A DNA stretch of 39,590 nucleotides from Octopus bimaculoides (lineage: Eukaryota). Each line of letters starts with the position of its first letter. Positions within the stretch are counted from its first letter, which is position 1. Location of the stretch: positions 39,310,875 to 39,350,464 of the forward strand of contig NC_068982.1 of NCBI RefSeq assembly GCF_001194135.2. The letters run 5' to 3'. The notes under the pieces were generated by a model. The model was not told the origin of the DNA. It saw only the letters and a list, made by a program, of their open reading frames with translations, and searched no databases. Positions 35,771 to 39,590 of the stretch are shown one piece after another. The position numbers and the translations under genes are program-made.

Positions 35771-35914
35771 TTTTCTACTCTAGGCACAAGGCCCGACATT
35801 TTTGGAGAGGAACTAGTCGATTAGATCGATCTCAGTACAGAACTGGTGCTTAATTTAATCGACTCCGAAAAGATGAAAGGCATAGTCGACCTCGGCGGAA
35901 TTTGAGCTGAGAAC
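35771..35914 (-). mobile_element. SINE family A, 5'-truncated
   Basis: ctactctaggcacaaggcc...tagtcgattagatcgat...gatgaaaggcatagtcgacctcggcggaatttga. Confidence 0.85.
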
Positions 35915-36051
35915 GAACTAGGGCTGATTACTATTTCGTGTGGTTTTAATGAGAGCCGTTTTCTTTCTTTGTTGATAGACAAAATATACGTATATATATT
36001 GTTAATAGACATATATATTGATAGACAAATATATATATATATATATATATA

Positions 36052-36697
36052 NNNNNNNNNNNNNNNNNNNNNNNNNNNNNNNNNNNNNNNNNNNNNNNNN
36101 NNNNNNNNNNNNNNNNNNNNNNNNNNNNNNNNNNNNNNNNNNNNNNNNNNNNNNNNNNNNNNNNNNNNNNNNNNNNNNNNNNNNNNNNNNNNNNNNNNNN
36201 NNNNNNNNNNNNNNNNNNNNNNNNNNNNNNNNNNNNNNNNNNNNNNNNNNNNNNNNNNNNNNNNNNNNNNNNNNNNNNNNNNNNNNNNNNNNNNNNNNNN
36301 NNNNNNNNNNNNNNNNNNNNNNNNNNNNNNNNNNNNNNNNNNNNNNNNNNNNNNNNNNNNNNNNNNNNNNNNNNNNNNNNNNNNNNNNNNNNNNNNNNNN
36401 NNNNNNNNNNNNNNNNNNNNNNNNNNNNNNNNNNNNNNNNNNNNNNNNNNNNNNNNNNNNNNNNNNNNNNNNNNNNNNNNNNNNNNNNNNNNNNNNNNNN
36501 NNNNNNNNNNNNNNNNNNNNNNNNNNNNNNNNNNNNNNNNNNNNNNNNNNNNNNNNNNNNNNNNNNNNNNNNNNNNNNNNNNNNNNNNNNNNNNNNNNNN
36601 NNNNNNNNNNNNNNNNNNNNNNNNNNNNNNNNNNNNNNNNNNNNNNNNNNNNNNNNNNNNNNNNNNNNNNNNNNNNNNNNNNNNNNNNNNNNNNNNN
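36052..36697. other. Assembly gap (N run)
   Basis: N run inside (TA)n. Confidence 1.
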
Positions 36698-36731
<34 letters not shown>

Positions 36732-37539
36732 GTGTACACATTCATATATATTTATAGAGCAATATACATAAATATGTATATATATATATGTTTGTGTACA
36801 TGTAAGTAATGATATATAATTATATAACCCTACATATATACATATAACCTTTATGAACTTTAAATTGGATTAAATACTTATCGAAGGAAAAATATTCTCA
36901 TACGAATTAATTATATCGAGTCTCCATTCTTTCTCACAACATTTTCACCATTCAGTTTAAAAAATATTTTCTCAGATTAGATCAGATTGTACTATCTATA
37001 ACGAAATAATGTCCTTCAGTTCTATCTCATCCCTGATCAATCCGATTTCTGTTGAAAGACATAAATTTTTCTTGATGTAAAGGAACCAATGCTACCTTAT
37101 TCAATATGTCCTTCCATTTTTAACCATTTTTGAGATGTTCGGGTGTGATAAGAGGAAACTGTCTCTGCTTTTTCTAATAAGTGAAAAGACCAGCTCGTCG
37201 CTCACTCTGTAGTTCATACTATGTCAGCGATTTTAGCGTTATGGCCAATGAACTTTCTGTATTTCTACACACTCTCTCTCTCTGTCACACACACACATAT
37301 TTATAATATCTATTTGAAGATATACCAAATTCTATTTTTTCTTTATCGTTCCTGGGGTTCCAAATCTAAACTTGAAAATTCTTCTTTCGTATTTTCGCTT
37401 AAATTCTCTTTGAAATTCGTCTGTTACTGAATGCTACCTTCTAGTAGACGATATCATAATAAGTCACATATTCTTAATTTCAACATTTTTCATTATTTTT
37501 TTTTCTTTGAGAAACAACGATATTTAATTGAGTATAGTT

Positions 37540-37664
37540 CTTTACGTTCTGAGTTCAAATTCCACTGAGGTCGACTTTGTCATCATCCTTTCGAAGTCGA
37601 TCAAATAAGTACCAGTAACCGACTTACCCACTACCCTAAAATTGCTGGCCTTGCGCCGAAATTT
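37540..37664 (+). mobile_element. SINE family A fragment, inverted twin of 38206-38370
   Basis: B-box, core and tail are present; shares a private deletion and tail sequence with 38206-38321. Confidence 0.85.
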
Positions 37665-38205
37665 AAGATCAGCATCATTATTATGATCTTCTAATATGTA
37701 AATATACATATACGCATAAAAAAAGGTGAATTATATGCAAAGCGAGTCTAATATAAGGGCGGTAGAGTTGGTGTTCTTGTTTATCCCTTGGTCAGTGCTC
37801 ATATATTAGAACTATTACGAAAATTATTTAAGCTGTGACTGTCACATCTTTTTCTTAAACTTTGTTTATCTATGAGTCCATTATCACGTGTCTTTTATTA
37901 AGGTTCTGTGTTGAGAGATTTGAGATATTTCAAGTACGTTAAAATATTGTACATCGGTTTCACTTTAATTCATGAGACGAGATAACGCACGATAGTTTTT
38001 CCATGATGTAACGCCGGAATAGCAAACCCATTTGTCTTTTTGCTACATCGTTCAAATAATATACTTTGCAAACATGTTGAGGTACCATCCTACACTGTTT
38101 TGGGCGAAGTATGTACGGTAGAATCCGCGCTATTTTCTCTAGAGAATCAGAAGAGATGAACACCGGAAATATGGTACTAGAAGATAACAATAATAATGAT
38201 GATAA

Positions 38206-38370
38206 TTTCAAATTTTGGCGCAAGGCCAGCAATTTTAGGGTAGTGGGTAAGTCGATTACTGGTACTTATTTTATCGACTTCGAAAGGATGGTGGCAAAGA
38301 ATTTGAACTCAGAACGTAAAGACAAACGAAATGCCAGTAAGCATTTTGCTCGGCGTGCTAACGATTCCGC
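38206..38370 (-). mobile_element. SINE family A with internal deletions
   Basis: Head (gcggaatcgttagcacgccgagc), B-box and tail are present; lacks cactgaggtcgac and the central palindrome. Confidence 0.85.
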
Positions 38371-38371
<1 letters not shown>

Positions 38372-38423
<52 letters not shown>

Positions 38424-38434
38424 TAATAATAATA
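38372..38434. repeat. (AAT)n microsatellite
   Basis: Direct reading; gives the poly-Ile stretches of the overlapping ORFs. Confidence 0.95.
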
Positions 38435-38640
38435 GACAAATACATAAGAAAAACACCAGGACTTACAAATATATATAACATACAGAAAATTGCACTACTG
38501 GGTACTGCACACATTCTACGCAAAACACTTTCAATACAGTAAACATAAGAGCACCACAGCAAACCACAGCACATACCCAAGGCGCACAGAGCTGCACTCG
38601 GTAGTGAAGTGAAAGCACGTTATAAAAATAAAATTACTGA
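38435..38640 (+). mobile_element. 5'-truncated R4/Dong-clade LINE: ORF C-terminus plus 3' UTR, embedded in (AAT)n
   Basis: Encodes DKYIRKTPGLTNIYNIQKIALLGTAHILRKTLSIQ*. QK.ALLGTA.ILRK.L is the characteristic terminus of R4-clade restriction-like-endonuclease LINEs. AAT repeats lie on both sides. Confidence 0.82.
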
Positions 38641-38667
38641 ACAATAATAATGATAATAATAATGATA

Positions 38668-38876
38668 ATCCTTTCTATTAAAGGCACAAGGCCTGAAATT
38701 TGGTGGGAGGGAACTAGTAGATTACATCGACGTCAGTGTTTCACTGGTACTTATTTTATCAACCCGAAAGGATGAAAGTAAAGTCGACTTCAGTGGATTT
38801 TGAATCCAGAACATGAAGACAGACGAAATACCGCTAAGCATTTCACCCGGCGTGCTAACAATTCTGCCAGCTCGCC
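38668..38876 (-). mobile_element. SINE family A, full length
   Basis: Head ggcgagctggcagaattgttagcacgccgggtgaaatgcttagcggtatttcg, with core and tail; (ATT)n-like tail at 38643-38667. Confidence 0.9.
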
Positions 38877-38900
38877 ATCTTGATAATGATAATAAAAGAG

Positions 38901-39053
38901 ATCCTTTCTACTATAAGCACAAGACTTGAAATTTTGATGGAAAGGCTAGTCGATTAGATCGACCTCAGTACTTCACTGGTACTTTATTTTATCGACTCTG
39001 AAGCGATAAAAGGGAAACGTTAACAACGGCGGAATTTGAAATCAGCACGTAAA
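38901..39053 (-). mobile_element. SINE family A, 5'-truncated and diverged
   Basis: atcctttctactataagcacaagacttgaaatttt...tagtcgattagatcgacc...ggcggaatttgaaatcag. Confidence 0.8.
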
Positions 39054-39504
39054 GCCGAAGAGCAGAATGGTTGAGTTGCGGCAGTGTAAATCGCATATCA
39101 TTATTGATTGGAGTGAAATCGAAGTATAAATAATAAATAAATAAATAAAACGAGAAAAGAACCAAAGAAAAAATGGAAATGGTCTAGTTAAAGAAACACG
39201 AAAATGTTTTAATAACAAATTTGGGCGTATTATTGCTACCATTCATTGAATACGTTAAATAGTTCTAAATTTGGCAAGTTTTTCCCTGCATACACACACA
39301 CATGCACACACATACACACACCATGTGTTCTCTGAAAAATATTAAATGAAAAAAGGACACAATGAATGATACTGTGCATTCGAAATTTCGCTCAGATTGA
39401 TTATCAATTTGTTTGATAATCCAAACTAGCTAACACTATACATACATTCATACAAAACTATACCAAACCTTTCTCGCCTTTTGTTTTGATCTATCTCTCG
39501 CTGT

Positions 39505-39505
39505 G

Positions 39506-39537
<32 letters not shown>

Positions 39538-39551
39538 TGTATGTATGTATG

Positions 39552-39590
<39 letters not shown>
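39505..39590. repeat. (TATG)n-(TA)n microsatellite
   Basis: Direct reading at the window end. Confidence 0.95.

Noticed and set aside
38111-38542. 143-aa ORF as a novel poly-Ile protein
   Set aside because: It is a chance fusion of antisense SINE, (AAT)n and a LINE C-terminus; only the last 35 aa are real, transposon-derived protein.

Overview
This is an AT-rich eukaryotic window, very dense in microsatellites, with eight assembly gaps. I infer an octopod cephalopod (Octopus-like) from the repeat families and microsatellite style; this is recognition from memory, not a database result. I find no convincing host protein-coding gene. Most ORF-track entries are microsatellite or N-gap artefacts, and the informative ones overlap dead transposons. 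The window is a layered fossil record of mobile DNA. It holds a decayed hAT (Buster/Charlie-type) transposase split by a TA-flanked mariner, two further mariner relics, and several R4/Dong-like and one RTE-like LINE fragment. It also holds about a dozen copies of one tRNA-derived SINE family (A), three or four of a second (B), and one of a third (D). The most unusual structures are: (i) a SINE rearranged into an inverted-triplication-like fold-back with microhomology junctions and a perfect 26-bp palindrome (2681-3353); (ii) a near-complete minimal type I hammerhead ribozyme motif on the minus strand (6418-6462); (iii) an inverted SINE pair sharing a private deletion (37540-38321); (iv) a SINE/LINE train built inside (AAT)n tails (38160-39053). 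I do not see evidence for a new multi-gene system. Protein-family assignments come from manual translation and motif recognition and need HMM/BLAST confirmation.
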